Numbered from the stretch's first letter, positions 18,389-27,304 are shown. The stretch: DNA of 40,479 bases from Clostridiaceae bacterium (GCA_012838475.1 DUPE01000213.1:1-40479), one strand, 5' to 3'. Translations and numbers: made by a program. Notes: generated from the sequence alone by a model not told the origin.

Positions 18389-18420
18389 GTTTCTTCAGGG
18401 ATCACGGCCCCTGAAGAAAC
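18389..18420. other. perfect 12-bp-stem hairpin
   Basis: GTTTCTTCAGGG-atcacggc-CCCTGAAGAAAC. On the + strand it is followed by ATTTTC, a weak U-tract. Function unknown. Confidence 0.6.
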
Positions 18421-18515
18421 ATTTTCGAGGCACGTATAATTGGAGGTATGGAATTTATAATGAGTTATAAGAATTAAACCGTCACTTTGTAATCAAACAA
18501 TGTATTGAAGGCAAA

Positions 18516-18668
18516 ATGCATGTGAGACAGGCCATAGCGGTGATGAATGGATGGGATCCGTTTCTTTTCGTGAAAGATAAAAGCAACGTAGAACACAAAC
18601 AGTTTAAATATGGTGCAAAATCCGTAAATCCGATCAAAAACATAACAATTAAAAAACCTGCGGAATAG
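18516..18668 (+). CDS. candidate small ORF (50 aa), unknown function
   Basis: Encodes MHVRQAIAVMNGWDPFLFVKDKSNVEHKQFKYGAKSVNPIKNITIKKPAE. GAAGG lies 4-5 nt upstream, TATAAT lies at 18435-18440, and the stop codon sits inside a strong terminator hairpin. It is below the ORF-track size cutoff. Coding status is unproven. Confidence 0.25.
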   Translation: MHVRQAIAVMNGWDPFLFVKDKSNVEHKQFKYGAKSVNPIKNITIKKPAE

Positions 18669-18685
18669 ACGCCGCAGGTTTTTTC
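18651..18685. terminator. bidirectional intrinsic terminator
   Basis: AAAAAACCTGCGG-aatagacg-CCGCAGGTTTTTT: a 9-bp GC-rich stem flanked by A-run and T-run. It lies 3 nt past the 3' end of tRNA-Lys on the minus strand and at the end of the small + strand ORF. Confidence 0.85.
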
Positions 18686-18688
18686 ATC

Positions 18689-18764
18689 TGGTACACCATC
18701 GGGGATTCGAACCCCGGACCCACTGATTAAGAGTCAGTTGCTCTACCAACTGAGCTAATGGTGC
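18689..18764 (-). tRNA. tRNA-Lys (anticodon CUU), CCA encoded
   Basis: The minus strand reads GCACCATTAGCTCAGTTGGTAGAGCAACTGACTCTTAATCAGTGGGTCCGGGGTTCGAATCCCCGATGGTGTACCA. It forms a cloverleaf with U8, A14, GG in the D-loop, GTTCGAATC in the T-loop and anticodon loop CT-CTT-AA. Pair 1-72 is a G-U wobble. Confidence 0.9.
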
Positions 18765-18777
18765 ATAAACAAAAACC

Positions 18778-18806
18778 ATTATAGTTTTTCATCATTCACT
18801 TGTCAA
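18778..18806 (-). promoter_or_regulatory. consensus sigma-A-type promoter of tRNA-Lys
   Basis: The minus strand carries TTGACA (18806-18801), a 17-nt spacer and TATAAT (18783-18778). The tRNA 5' end lies about 14 nt downstream. Confidence 0.8.
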
Positions 18807-18862
18807 AGTTTATAAGAAATTTGGCTCTCAATTAAACTCATTTTATTTTATTACGTTGGCAA

Positions 18863-18891
18863 TTGACTTTTTACTTTAAGGAGCTTATTAT
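18863..18891 (+). promoter_or_regulatory. promoter of the thrS T-box leader
   Basis: TTGACT (18863-18868), a 17-nt spacer and TATTAT (18886-18891). Confidence 0.65.
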
Positions 18892-18897
18892 TCAATA

Positions 18898-19118
18898 CAA
18901 ATGCGATGACGGAACGAGTAATCGGTCAATTGGCTGTACAGAGAGAGATTGTCTTGGCTGAGAGCATCTCCACCCACCCCGGCGAAAACCACTCCCGAGC
19001 AGGATGTGAAATAAGCATTCCCGTGAATCCGCGTCAAGGATAAAATGAGTAAAAACAAAGGTGGAACCGTGCTATGCACCCTTTGTCCCAATACAGTGGA
19101 CAGAGGGCGTTTTTGTTT
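18898..19118 (+). promoter_or_regulatory. T-box leader (tRNA-sensing riboswitch), Thr specifier ACC
   Basis: Stem I elements are TGCGATGACGGAACGAGTA (GA/K-turn motif) and AGAGAG. The specifier-loop candidate is GAAA-ACC-A, with ACC at 18988-18990. The T-box motif is AAAGGTGGAACCGTGC (19058-19072). A terminator CCCTTTGTCC-N9-GGACAGAGGG plus TTTTTGTTT lies at 19079-19118, and its 5' arm can alternatively pair with the T-box to form the antiterminator. Confidence 0.85.
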
Positions 19119-19132
19119 GGAGGGAGAGAATA

Positions 19133-21022
19133 ATGAAAATTACCTTAAAAGACGGCAATGTCATTGAGTACAGTGAGCCGTTGAGAGTTATTGATATTGC
19201 TGAGAACATTAGTCCGGGGCTGGCTAGAAATGCCTGCGCCGCTATTGTCAATGGTGAAGAGAAAGACCTTCGCTACATGATCGAAGAAGACGCAACTTTG
19301 GAGATTGTTCCTTTCGGATCTAAAGAAGGCAACCATGCCTTTCGCCACTCCTCAGCCCATCTGATGGCGCAAGCTGTTCAGCATCTGTACCCTGCGGCGA
19401 AATTTGCGATTGGACCTGCTATTGATGACGGCTTTTACTACGACATTGAGTTTGAGGAGCCCATCAGCCAAGATGACCTGCCTAAAATCGAAGAGGAAAT
19501 GAAGCGTATTGTCAAGGAAGATATCCCTATCGAGCGTTATATTCTTTCTAGGGAAGAAGCCCTCAAATGGGCTCATGATGAAGGCGAAATCTATAAGGTC
19601 GAGCTTATCACTGATCTGCCGGAAGATGCGATCATCAGCTTCTACCGCCAGGGAGACTTCACTGATCTGTGTGCCGGTCCGCACCTCATGTCAACCGGTG
19701 CAATCAAGGCCTTTAAACTTACCTCTCTGGCGGGCGCATATTGGCGCGGCGACGAAAAGAATAAGATGCTGACCCGTATTTACGGCGTCTCATTTCCTAA
19801 AAAGAAGGATCTGGATGAATATCTTGAGCGCCTTGAAGAGGCCAAAAAAAGAGATCATCGAAAGCTCGGCCGCGAGATGGAACTCTTCACATTTATGGAT
19901 GAAGGCCCGGGCTTTGCCTTTTTCCTGCCCAAGGGAATGGTTTTGAAAAATACCCTGATGGAGTATTGGCGTAAAGTGCATGATCGCTACGATTACAAGG
20001 AAATCTCTACACCCATTATGTTAACTCAGGATCTGTGGGAGACCTCCGGACATTGGGATCATTACCGGGATAACATCTACACCTCTGTCATTGATGATCA
20101 AGCTTATGCGATTAAGCCGATGAATTGCCCCGGCGCCATGCTGGTCTACGGCGCAGGACAGCACTCCTACCGAGAACTGCCTCTCAGGATAGCTGAGGTT
20201 GGTTTGGTACACCGTCATGAAATGTCTGGAGTTTTGCATGGTTTGATGCGGGTTCGTGCCTTCAATCAGGATGATGCCCATATCTTTATAACCATAGACC
20301 AGATTAAAGATGAGGTTGAAAACGTTATTCATCTCATCGACGAAGTCTATAAACATTTTGACTTCAAATATCACGTCGAGCTGTCTACCAGGCCTGAAGA
20401 CTCTATGGGAACCGATGAAGAATGGAATGCCGCTATTTCCGGCTTGAAAGAAGTACTGGAAAAGATTGGTCTGCCCTATGAAATCAATGAGGGCGACGGT
20501 GCCTTCTACGGTCCTAAGATTGACTTCCATCTGGAAGACTCAATTGGCAGAACCTGGCAATGTGGAACAATTCAGCTCGACTTCCAGATGCCTCGCCGCT
20601 TCAATCTGGAGTACATCGGAGCAGACGGTGAACGCCATATGCCCATCGTCATTCACCGTGTTGCCTTTGGTTCCATTGAACGCTTTATCGGCATTTTAAT
20701 CGAACACTATGCGGGCAAGTTTCCTTTCTGGCTGGCTCCGGTACAAGTTAAGGTATTGCCGGTGTCTCGCAATACACAAGACTATGCTCAGGAAGTAATG
20801 ACTCTCCTTCGCAGCAGAGGAATACGTGCGGAGATCGATGACCGCGATGAAAAAATCGGTTTCAAAGTTCGCAGTGCGCAAATGGAAAAGGTGCCTTACA
20901 GCCTTATATTGGGACAAAGGGAAGCAGAAGACCGCACCGTATCAGTTCGCATTCTTGATGAGGGCGAAGCCGGGGTAAAGGCCCTGGACGTTTTTGTCGA
21001 TGAAATAGCCAATCAGGCATAA
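19133..21022 (+). CDS. thrS: threonine--tRNA ligase
   Basis: Opens MKITLKDGNVIEYSEP... (TGS domain), followed by the editing domain HSSAHLMAQA, a class II core and an anticodon-binding domain. The ATG at 19133 follows GGAGGGAG. The track start at 19061 would include the T-box terminator and is rejected. Confidence 0.95.
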   Translation: MKITLKDGNVIEYSEPLRVIDIAENISPGLARNACAAIVNGEEKDLRYMIEEDATLEIVPFGSKEGNHAFRHSSAHLMAQAVQHLYPAAKFAIGPAIDDGFYYDIEFEEPISQDDLPKIEEEMKRIVKEDIPIERYILSREEALKWAHDEGEIYKVELITDLPEDAIISFYRQGDFTDLCAGPHLMSTGAIKAFKLTSLAGAYWRGDEKNKMLTRIYGVSFPKKKDLDEYLERLEEAKKRDHRKLGREMELFTFMDEGPGFAFFLPKGMVLKNTLMEYWRKVHDRYDYKEISTPIMLTQDLWETSGHWDHYRDNIYTSVIDDQAYAIKPMNCPGAMLVYGAGQHSYRELPLRIAEVGLVHRHEMSGVLHGLMRVRAFNQDDAHIFITIDQIKDEVENVIHLIDEVYKHFDFKYHVELSTRPEDSMGTDEEWNAAISGLKEVLEKIGLPYEINEGDGAFYGPKIDFHLEDSIGRTWQCGTIQLDFQMPRRFNLEYIGADGERHMPIVIHRVAFGSIERFIGILIEHYAGKFPFWLAPVQVKVLPVSRNTQDYAQEVMTLLRSRGIRAEIDDRDEKIGFKVRSAQMEKVPYSLILGQREAEDRTVSVRILDEGEAGVKALDVFVDEIANQA

Positions 21023-21085
21023 TTTTCAAAAAATTGCATATGTTAGAAACTTAAAAAATTTATTGTAATATACAATCCCCCAAGT

Positions 21086-21132
21086 AAAGGCTCCCTCAGT
21101 TAGACCTAATCTATCAACTGAGTGGGCCTTTA
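21086..21132. terminator. bidirectional terminator between convergent thrS and kbl
   Basis: AAAGGCTCCCTCAGTT-N14-AACTGAGTGGGCCTTT: a 16-bp stem with 2 mismatches, followed by ACTTT. Confidence 0.6.
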
Positions 21133-21251
21133 CTTTGTGGTGACCCCAAAAAATTTGAAAACATGAGAGGTTTTTTCTGGCTATACTGTCAGAATTTTGA
21201 CCTTTTGTATTCCCTTGCAAAAGAAGGCAAAATCCAAGCTGAATTATTACA

Positions 21252-22439
21252 TTACAGGGAAAATTCCTTTTTGCACTTGGCAAAACACTCCAGCGCATAA
21301 TCCAAGTCTTCTTTGCTGTGAGCGGCAGATATCTGCGTGCGAATGCGCGCCTTGCCCTCAGGTACGACAGGATACTTGAACGCAATTACATATACACCCA
21401 GATCTAACATGTAGTCTGCGACCTTAATCGCCTTCACTGCATCATAAACCATGATTGGCACAATCGGATGACTGCCCGGGATTATATCCAGACCCAGTTT
21501 TTCCGCTCCGTCGCGAAAATATTTGGCATTAGCCTCGGTTTTGTCGCGCAAGGAAGTATCCTTACCAAGCATTTCCAGCACATATAGAGCCCCTTCAGCC
21601 ATGACGGGGGCCAGTGTATTAGAGAAGAGATAAGGGCGGGATTTCTGCCGCAGCCAATCTACTATCTCTTGTCGCGCGGTGGTAAATCCACCGGATGCGC
21701 CGCCAAGCGCCTTTCCTAGAGTTGACGTCATGATGTCAACCCTTCCTTGCACTTCGCAGTGCTCGGGCGTTCCTCGACCTGTTCTGCCCACGAAACCTGA
21801 AGCGTGGCTGTCGTCAACCATAACTAGAGCGTCATATTTATCCGCCAAATCACAGATAGATTTGAGGTCAGCGATAATGCCGTCCATGGAGAAAACGCCG
21901 TCAGTGGCGATCAGTTTTATCCGGGCGCCTTCTTCATCGGCCTCTTGCAGGCAGCGCTCCAAATCAGTCATGTCATTATTCTTATAACGATAGCGCATGG
22001 CTTTGCAAAGTCTGACGCCATCAATTATGCTAGCGTGATTCAGTTGGTCGGAGATTACAGCGTCCTCGGCAGATAGTATCGTCTCAAACAGGCCGGTGTT
22101 AGCATCAAAGCATGATGAGTACAGTATTGTGTCGTCAAAGCCGAAAAATTCAGCAATTTTATGTTCTAGTTGCTTGTGCAATTCTTGGGTGCCGCAGATA
22201 AAACGCACTGAGGACAGACCATAACCCCATTTTTCATAGCTTTTTTTGGCTGCCTCAATCAGACCGGGATCATTAGACAGACCGAGATAATTATTAGCAC
22301 ACATATTAAGGACATTTTTAGTCTCAGTAGTGTCAATGCGGGGGCCCTGAGGCTTAGTCAAAATCCGCTCTTCTGTATACACCTTCGCATCTTTCAATTT
22401 CTGAATATCTTCTCTGATTATTCTTAATCCTGTTTTCAT
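21252..22439 (-). CDS. kbl: glycine C-acetyltransferase (2-amino-3-ketobutyrate CoA ligase)
   Basis: A PLP-dependent alpha-oxoamine synthase with the PLP-Lys block [13 protein letters not shown]. It lies directly downstream of tdh. The ATG at 22439 follows GGGAAGGA and is preferred over 22484. Confidence 0.9.
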   Translation of the reverse strand: MKTGLRIIREDIQKLKDAKVYTEERILTKPQGPRIDTTETKNVLNMCANNYLGLSNDPGLIEAAKKSYEKWGYGLSSVRFICGTQELHKQLEHKIAEFFGFDDTILYSSCFDANTGLFETILSAEDAVISDQLNHASIIDGVRLCKAMRYRYKNNDMTDLERCLQEADEEGARIKLIATDGVFSMDGIIADLKSICDLADKYDALVMVDDSHASGFVGRTGRGTPEHCEVQGRVDIMTSTLGKALGGASGGFTTARQEIVDWLRQKSRPYLFSNTLAPVMAEGALYVLEMLGKDTSLRDKTEANAKYFRDGAEKLGLDIIPGSHPIVPIMVYDAVKAIKVADYMLDLGVYVIAFKYPVVPEGKARIRTQISAAHSKEDLDYALECFAKCKKEFSL

Positions 22440-22468
22440 ACTAAAATCCTTCCCTCTTCGTTCTACTC

Positions 22469-23515
22469 TTAGGATGTCGACCAATCCAATACTACCTTAC
22501 CCGATTTGCCGCTGTTCATAGCCTCAAAGCCTTCTTCAAATTGCCTGAAATCTAAACGGTGTGTGATTACAGGAGCCAGATTCAGTCCTGACTGAATCAT
22601 AGCCATCATCTTGTACCATGTCTCAAACATTTCGCGGCCATAGATACCCTTAATATTTAAACTGCCCAGGATGACACGATTCCAGTCGACGATTGTATCC
22701 GGTGGCAAGAACCCAAGTAAAGAGATCTTGCCGCCGTTGATCATATTGTCAATCATGGCATTAAGAGCGCCTGCTGAGCCGGACATTTCCAGTCCGACAT
22801 CAAAACCTTCACGCATATCCAGCTCCGGCATGATGCCTCGCACAGACTCTTCTGCCAGGTCAATGGTATGAACGCTTGGCTCCACCTTCCTGGCCAGTTC
22901 CAGCCGGTACTTGTTATAGTCGGTGATGACGATATGTCTGGCTCCGCAATGTCTTACCACAGCAGCTGCCATAATCCCGATAGGGCCTGCTCCTGTGATC
23001 AGAACATCTTCTCCGACCAGATCATATTGCAGGGCGGTATGTACCGCATTGCCAAGGGGATCGAAAATTGCGGCTATCTCCTCTGGAATACCGGGCAGCA
23101 CTTCTACGGCATTAGCTGCGGGTATGACCAGATACTCCGCAAAGGATCCGGGTCTTTCTACCCCGACCCCCATGGTATCCTTGCAGAGTACTCGCTTACC
23201 GGCTCGACAATTACGGCATTTGCCGCAAATGATATGTCCCTCGCCGGAGACAATATCACCTATCTCAAAATTGTCTACCATCGATCCAAGCTCGACGACT
23301 TCTCCGACATATTCGTGACCGATATTGATAGGCGGCTTGACATGTTTTTGTGCCCAATCATCCCAGTTATAGATATGACTATCCGTACCACAGATAGCTG
23401 TCTTATGAATCTTAATCTTGATATCGTTGGGACCGGTTTCCGGTATCGCAATGCGCTCCAGAGTAAGACCAGGCGCAGCCTCCTTTTTAACTAGAGCAAA
23501 CATAGTATCTGACAT
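22469..23515 (-). CDS. tdh: L-threonine 3-dehydrogenase (Zn-dependent MDR family)
   Basis: Contains [29 protein letters not shown] and the structural-Zn cysteines [15 protein letters not shown], and has a GAGPIG Rossmann motif. Confidence 0.9.
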   Translation of the reverse strand: MSDTMFALVKKEAAPGLTLERIAIPETGPNDIKIKIHKTAICGTDSHIYNWDDWAQKHVKPPINIGHEYVGEVVELGSMVDNFEIGDIVSGEGHIICGKCRNCRAGKRVLCKDTMGVGVERPGSFAEYLVIPAANAVEVLPGIPEEIAAIFDPLGNAVHTALQYDLVGEDVLITGAGPIGIMAAAVVRHCGARHIVITDYNKYRLELARKVEPSVHTIDLAEESVRGIMPELDMREGFDVGLEMSGSAGALNAMIDNMINGGKISLLGFLPPDTIVDWNRVILGSLNIKGIYGREMFETWYKMMAMIQSGLNLAPVITHRLDFRQFEEGFEAMNSGKSGKVVLDWSTS

Positions 23516-23689
23516 ATTTCCCCTCCCTTAATACTATTTTACGGATGTTTATCCGATATTTGTATAACCACAATAATTATACAGCAGCGTAGCTATTTAC
23601 GGCTTGACAATTCACTCGATAGGCAGACAGAGTGAAAGCTCAGCTGATTTTACAGGCAACAAGCGACAGATGAGAAGTGTATAGATTGC

Positions 23690-23846
23690 TTACCAGGTGT
23701 CCCAATGATCATTTGCAAGATGATCCAATGCATTATTTACAGCATGTTCCAAAGGGCAGGATTTCCTTACAGTCATTGAGAATGATAAATTACGGAATGT
23801 TCCAAAGACCGGAGACTTCCTTGTCTTCGTCATTGAAAATGATCAA
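23690..23846. repeat. about three decaying tandem copies (53-57 bp) of the 3' end of the YhaN-like gene
   Basis: Copy B (23788-23846) encodes the real C-terminus ...LIIFNDEDKEVSGLWNIP*. Copy A (23735-23789) reads FIILNDCKEILPFGTCCK* in frame immediately after the stop codon. Shared strings are ATGTTCCAAAG and TCATTGA[A/G]AATGAT. A weaker third copy lies at 23690-23734. Confidence 0.7.
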
Positions 23847-26006
23847 TTGCGGGAGATTATCAATAATTTGTCGCAATCGTGATGGCAGATCAAGTAGTTC
23901 GCCGTTTTGCACTGCAGAAGTGATAAAGAGAGGCATATCCTCACCACCGCTGGTGACGGAGCGAAGCACTAGCGCTCCGGTAAGATCGGGGTCCAATTCT
24001 ATCTCTTTGTCTTCTGTGAGTTGTGTCGAGAACGCTGCAGATCGGTCTTTAATCTGGCGGTAAAATCTTTGACGATAAGTTTTGGTTTCTCTCAGATATT
24101 CAAGTGCTATATTGAGTGCGACCAGTTGATCATTTAGTTCACTTTGCTGTTCTTCCAGTTCTTTTTTCTTGCGAAATAAATCTGCCAGATTAACCAATGA
24201 GAAAGATTTGTCTATGCTCTCTTGCAATACTTTGCTGCTTTTTCGCGTATGGTCTAGCTCTATCTGCAACCGCATATAAGTCCCTTTGGCGTTGGCAAGA
24301 GCCTCCGGATTATATCTGCTGGTTGTCACCGAAGGTAAGTTATTGACGTTTCTGTTCCCGTCTAAAACTGACCCAAACAGCTTCTCAGTAGCATACTCAT
24401 ATTCCTGCTTAATCTCCTCGTCCGTACGGCCATCTTTCAGGTCTGCAATGCGGCTCAAAATTTTCGCTGTTTTCGTCTCCACAGGACTTGCATCTGTAAT
24501 CCTGTCACGCAGTTCGCGCAAGGCTCTGGCAGCTTCTTGCGGATAATGGATTCTGACATATCTGGACATTGAGTTGACCAGTTCATAGCCGATAAAATTG
24601 GCCTCTGTTTCATTTTTCGACAATTCCTTAATAGCATCCTCTTCTCTTTGCCTGGCCTTATGATAACCGTCAATCTCTTCCTGCAGACGCCAGGTGGTAC
24701 TACTCTTCTCCCTGCTGACTGCAGAAAAATGCTCTTGCGCTTTCTCCAATCTTCTGACCGCTTCCGCCAGCTCCGCTCCCTTGACTCTTTGTCTTTTTAG
24801 CTTGTAAATTACCACTAATATTGTTGTGACAAAGGCGATGCCTAGCAGTGCATAACCTGCAATCACCAAATCTGCAAGTATCAGGATTAGTCCGGCAGCA
24901 GCCGCCAGGGCTGTTAGGGGAAAAAACCTATTAAGGCTTGAGCTTTGTTTTTTACTCCTGGTGCGCTGATGTTTGAGTTGGTGGAAGTTTTTATCTTCTC
25001 TCTGCCATTGCAACCTGCATTCTTCTTCCCGCAGCTCAATATTATCCAGCTCTTCTTTTAGTGATCTGCACGTTTGCATACTAATCTTTACATTTTCAGC
25101 TGCACTCGCCTGATTAGTACGGAGTTCTTGCAGGTTTCTGGCTTTAGTATTCCAATCTTCATGCATATCTTCAAATGAAGTCATCTCGAGCGCTGTAGGC
25201 AAATTCTTCTCCTGAGCCACTCGCATCAGCCTCTCCCCTTCCGACTCTGCTTCGTCGAGCTCTTGTCTTAACAAGATCAGGTTTTCGTATCTGGCTTTAT
25301 CTTCAAGAAGCTCCAATTGGTCGATTCTAGCCTTAACCTCCTCTATTTTTCTCTCATGGTCTTGAATTTTCAACTTGTGCAGGTATACATTCTCGATGAG
25401 CTCCGCCTGATTCTTGTCCGTTGACTGCGTGATTTCAATCTGTGTGTTGATCTGTGCAATTTGGTCTTCCAATAGGCGGATCTTCCCTCGATCTCCATTA
25501 TTATCCTTAAAATTGTCCAATTCCTGCTCTAGTAGCGTTTGCATCTGGTCCGCCATTGATTGAATCTTCTCTGACTCTGGCAGAGGCCCAAGACCCAAAC
25601 AAAATACAAACTCATCTTGTCCCAACGAGAATAAATCCCAGCCGGGCTGAGATGAGCAATTTGCGCTCAGGTCTTCGTCACTGGTTTCATTAAACAGTTT
25701 TATCGTATCTCGGTTTGAGTGGGCAGAAGTTATTCTCTCCAATAGAAATCTGTCATCATTATGTATAAAATTGATACTACCGCTAGGCAACCTCTTACGG
25801 TCAGCGGCCACAGCAGGGGCAGACAGCAACTGACTGGACCATTCAGAATCTGGATTACCGTAAAAAAGGAAGACGAGAAAAGACTTGATCTGATTAAGAC
25901 AATCAGAAGACCCCTCCCACAAGACTGTAGAAGATGCTTTTTGCAGATCCAGCTGGACCTGTGCCAAAGTGCCATAGGCTAAGATGTTAATCTCTAGAAT
26001 CTTCAT
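23790..26006 (-). CDS. YhaN/SbcC-like coiled-coil protein with central membrane hairpin and degenerate ATPase motifs
   Basis: The N-terminus MKILEINILAYGTLAQVQLDL...VLWEGSSDCLNQIKSFLVFLFYG follows the Rad50/SbcC/YhaN head pattern, but EGSSDCLNQ occupies the place of GxNxxGKST. Long heptad-rich regions follow. Two hydrophobic helices lie at about residues 361-402. The C-terminal head remnant is TSGGED...LLDLP...QLIIFNDED. It overlaps the upstream nuclease gene by 4 nt. Confidence 0.7.
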   Translation of the reverse strand: MKILEINILAYGTLAQVQLDLQKASSTVLWEGSSDCLNQIKSFLVFLFYGNPDSEWSSQLLSAPAVAADRKRLPSGSINFIHNDDRFLLERITSAHSNRDTIKLFNETSDEDLSANCSSQPGWDLFSLGQDEFVFCLGLGPLPESEKIQSMADQMQTLLEQELDNFKDNNGDRGKIRLLEDQIAQINTQIEITQSTDKNQAELIENVYLHKLKIQDHERKIEEVKARIDQLELLEDKARYENLILLRQELDEAESEGERLMRVAQEKNLPTALEMTSFEDMHEDWNTKARNLQELRTNQASAAENVKISMQTCRSLKEELDNIELREEECRLQWQREDKNFHQLKHQRTRSKKQSSSLNRFFPLTALAAAAGLILILADLVIAGYALLGIAFVTTILVVIYKLKRQRVKGAELAEAVRRLEKAQEHFSAVSREKSSTTWRLQEEIDGYHKARQREEDAIKELSKNETEANFIGYELVNSMSRYVRIHYPQEAARALRELRDRITDASPVETKTAKILSRIADLKDGRTDEEIKQEYEYATEKLFGSVLDGNRNVNNLPSVTTSRYNPEALANAKGTYMRLQIELDHTRKSSKVLQESIDKSFSLVNLADLFRKKKELEEQQSELNDQLVALNIALEYLRETKTYRQRFYRQIKDRSAAFSTQLTEDKEIELDPDLTGALVLRSVTSGGEDMPLFITSAVQNGELLDLPSRLRQIIDNLPQLIIFNDEDKEVSGLWNIP

Positions 26007-27304
26007 CTTTTTCTGCGGGGAGAACTTTTCTTCCGCCCAGGATGTGAAGGCAGTTGCGACGCATCACTGTGAGCAGGATTAGTAAAAACTCCGGCTGCTG
26101 CATCCAGATATGTGATAGCCAGGTCCCTTTGTGCTTCTTCCCTAGCATGTCTGCTCGTATTTTTCTGCGTATCAACCTGCTTTGCAACATCAAGAGCATC
26201 TGATTTTTCTATAGGGCTTCCTTTTAACTCCAGACCGGGGAAAATAATCCTTCGTCCCTTTCCGGGGAAATCACGTGTTCTTCTTTTATCCCTTACTTCG
26301 ACAAAAAACAAATCTCGCTTCAGATTATCTTTGATTGCCGACGGATCTACTTGTACCGTCTTCTCGCCCAGCAGATCGATCGACCAGAGATCATCCGGGT
26401 GTAAAAATGCTTTACGAGCAGACATTTTTCGCTGAATACTCAGGATTATGCCAGCAGTATCATCCTCTGCTGAACAAAAGATTTCCAAACTAATGAATCC
26501 GGGGAGAAATAGGGGGTATTCATCCAATCTGAGAGTAATCCTTTTTTGTTTCTGCATCTGCTTAAGTGTTACCAGATCAAGATTTGCCCTGCCTCCCTTA
26601 AGCAGATCTCCTGACAACTCCCCCAGCAAAAAAGCCTTACTTCCCGGTTCTGAGAAGCTTCGCCCCAGTGGTGCTCCCGCAGAAGCATAGGGAACGTCAA
26701 AATCTTCCTTAATAATGAGCTGATGATTATGACCTACGGCAAAGAAATCTGCATTGGAATTGCGGATCACGTCAGGCGGCAGAGGACGAAAGATTGATTT
26801 GTGATCAACAATATCGCCATGCATCACGACTAATTGAAAGACAGAGTCTGCGTCTGGAGAATAGCCGGAAAAATAGCTCGGTTTGATAGCCGTCTGATGC
26901 TCGAAGGCTGCGCCCATAATCACTGTATTCAGATGGGGGAATTCAAAAACGGTTTTTTCTCTGTTAAATATATAAGTATTGATTGGCCAAGTCTCCCCTA
27001 ACCAGCTGGTGCCGGGAAAGATCGGATCGTGATTACCGGGAGAAATAATTACAGGTATGTCAAGGTCTTCCACCATGTTCATGAATGGGGTAAGCCATTT
27101 ATTGCTTGGACGCACTTGGTCAAACATATCGCCTGTGCACAGGACAAAATCGACTTGATTGTCACGACAGGCAGTCCGTAACACCTGAAAGAGATCAGTT
27201 TGTTTTGCTTTTAATTTTTGGGCAGTTTCAACTGATAGTGATGGCCAATTCTGTCCAAGATGCCAATCACCAGTCTGGATAAAGCGGATTTTGCTTTTGC
27301 CCAT
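26003..27304 (-). CDS. SbcD/Mre11/YhaO-like metallophosphoesterase (predicted DNA exonuclease)
   Basis: All calcineurin-like phosphoesterase motifs are intact: GDWHLG, TGDMFD, GNHD, VMHGD and VGHNH. The C-terminal tail is basic (GRKKSSPRRKR). The ATG at 27304 follows GAGG. Confidence 0.85.
   Translation of the reverse strand: MGKSKIRFIQTGDWHLGQNWPSLSVETAQKLKAKQTDLFQVLRTACRDNQVDFVLCTGDMFDQVRPSNKWLTPFMNMVEDLDIPVIISPGNHDPIFPGTSWLGETWPINTYIFNREKTVFEFPHLNTVIMGAAFEHQTAIKPSYFSGYSPDADSVFQLVVMHGDIVDHKSIFRPLPPDVIRNSNADFFAVGHNHQLIIKEDFDVPYASAGAPLGRSFSEPGSKAFLLGELSGDLLKGGRANLDLVTLKQMQKQKRITLRLDEYPLFLPGFISLEIFCSAEDDTAGIILSIQRKMSARKAFLHPDDLWSIDLLGEKTVQVDPSAIKDNLKRDLFFVEVRDKRRTRDFPGKGRRIIFPGLELKGSPIEKSDALDVAKQVDTQKNTSRHAREEAQRDLAITYLDAAAGVFTNPAHSDASQLPSHPGRKKSSPRRKR

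Noticed and set aside
18888-19132. 67-aa minus ORF (18888..19091) and the N-terminal extension of thrS from 19061.
   Set aside because: Both overlap the T-box leader. The thrS extension would have to be translated through the leader terminator and has no SD, whereas the ATG at 19133 has GGAGGGAG upstream.
21026-21385. 119-aa minus ORF spanning the thrS/kbl intergenic terminator and the kbl 3' end.
   Set aside because: It is out of frame with kbl, covers a terminator hairpin and has no motif support.
22868-23494. Long antisense ORFs inside well-supported genes. Examples: 208 aa opposite tdh, 169 aa at 20021..20530 opposite thrS, 171 aa at 30722..31237 opposite secA, 167 aa at 36750..37253 opposite the MBL/mgsA-like genes, 130 aa at 5295..5687 opposite the CorC gene, 136 aa at 17313..17723 opposite the lipoprotein gene, and 127 aa at 3605..3988 opposite the ATPase gene.
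   Set aside because: Each lies entirely within a gene that has unmistakable family motifs on the other strand. They have low-complexity, Ser/Arg/Cys-rich composition and no SD sequences. These are typical shadow ORFs.
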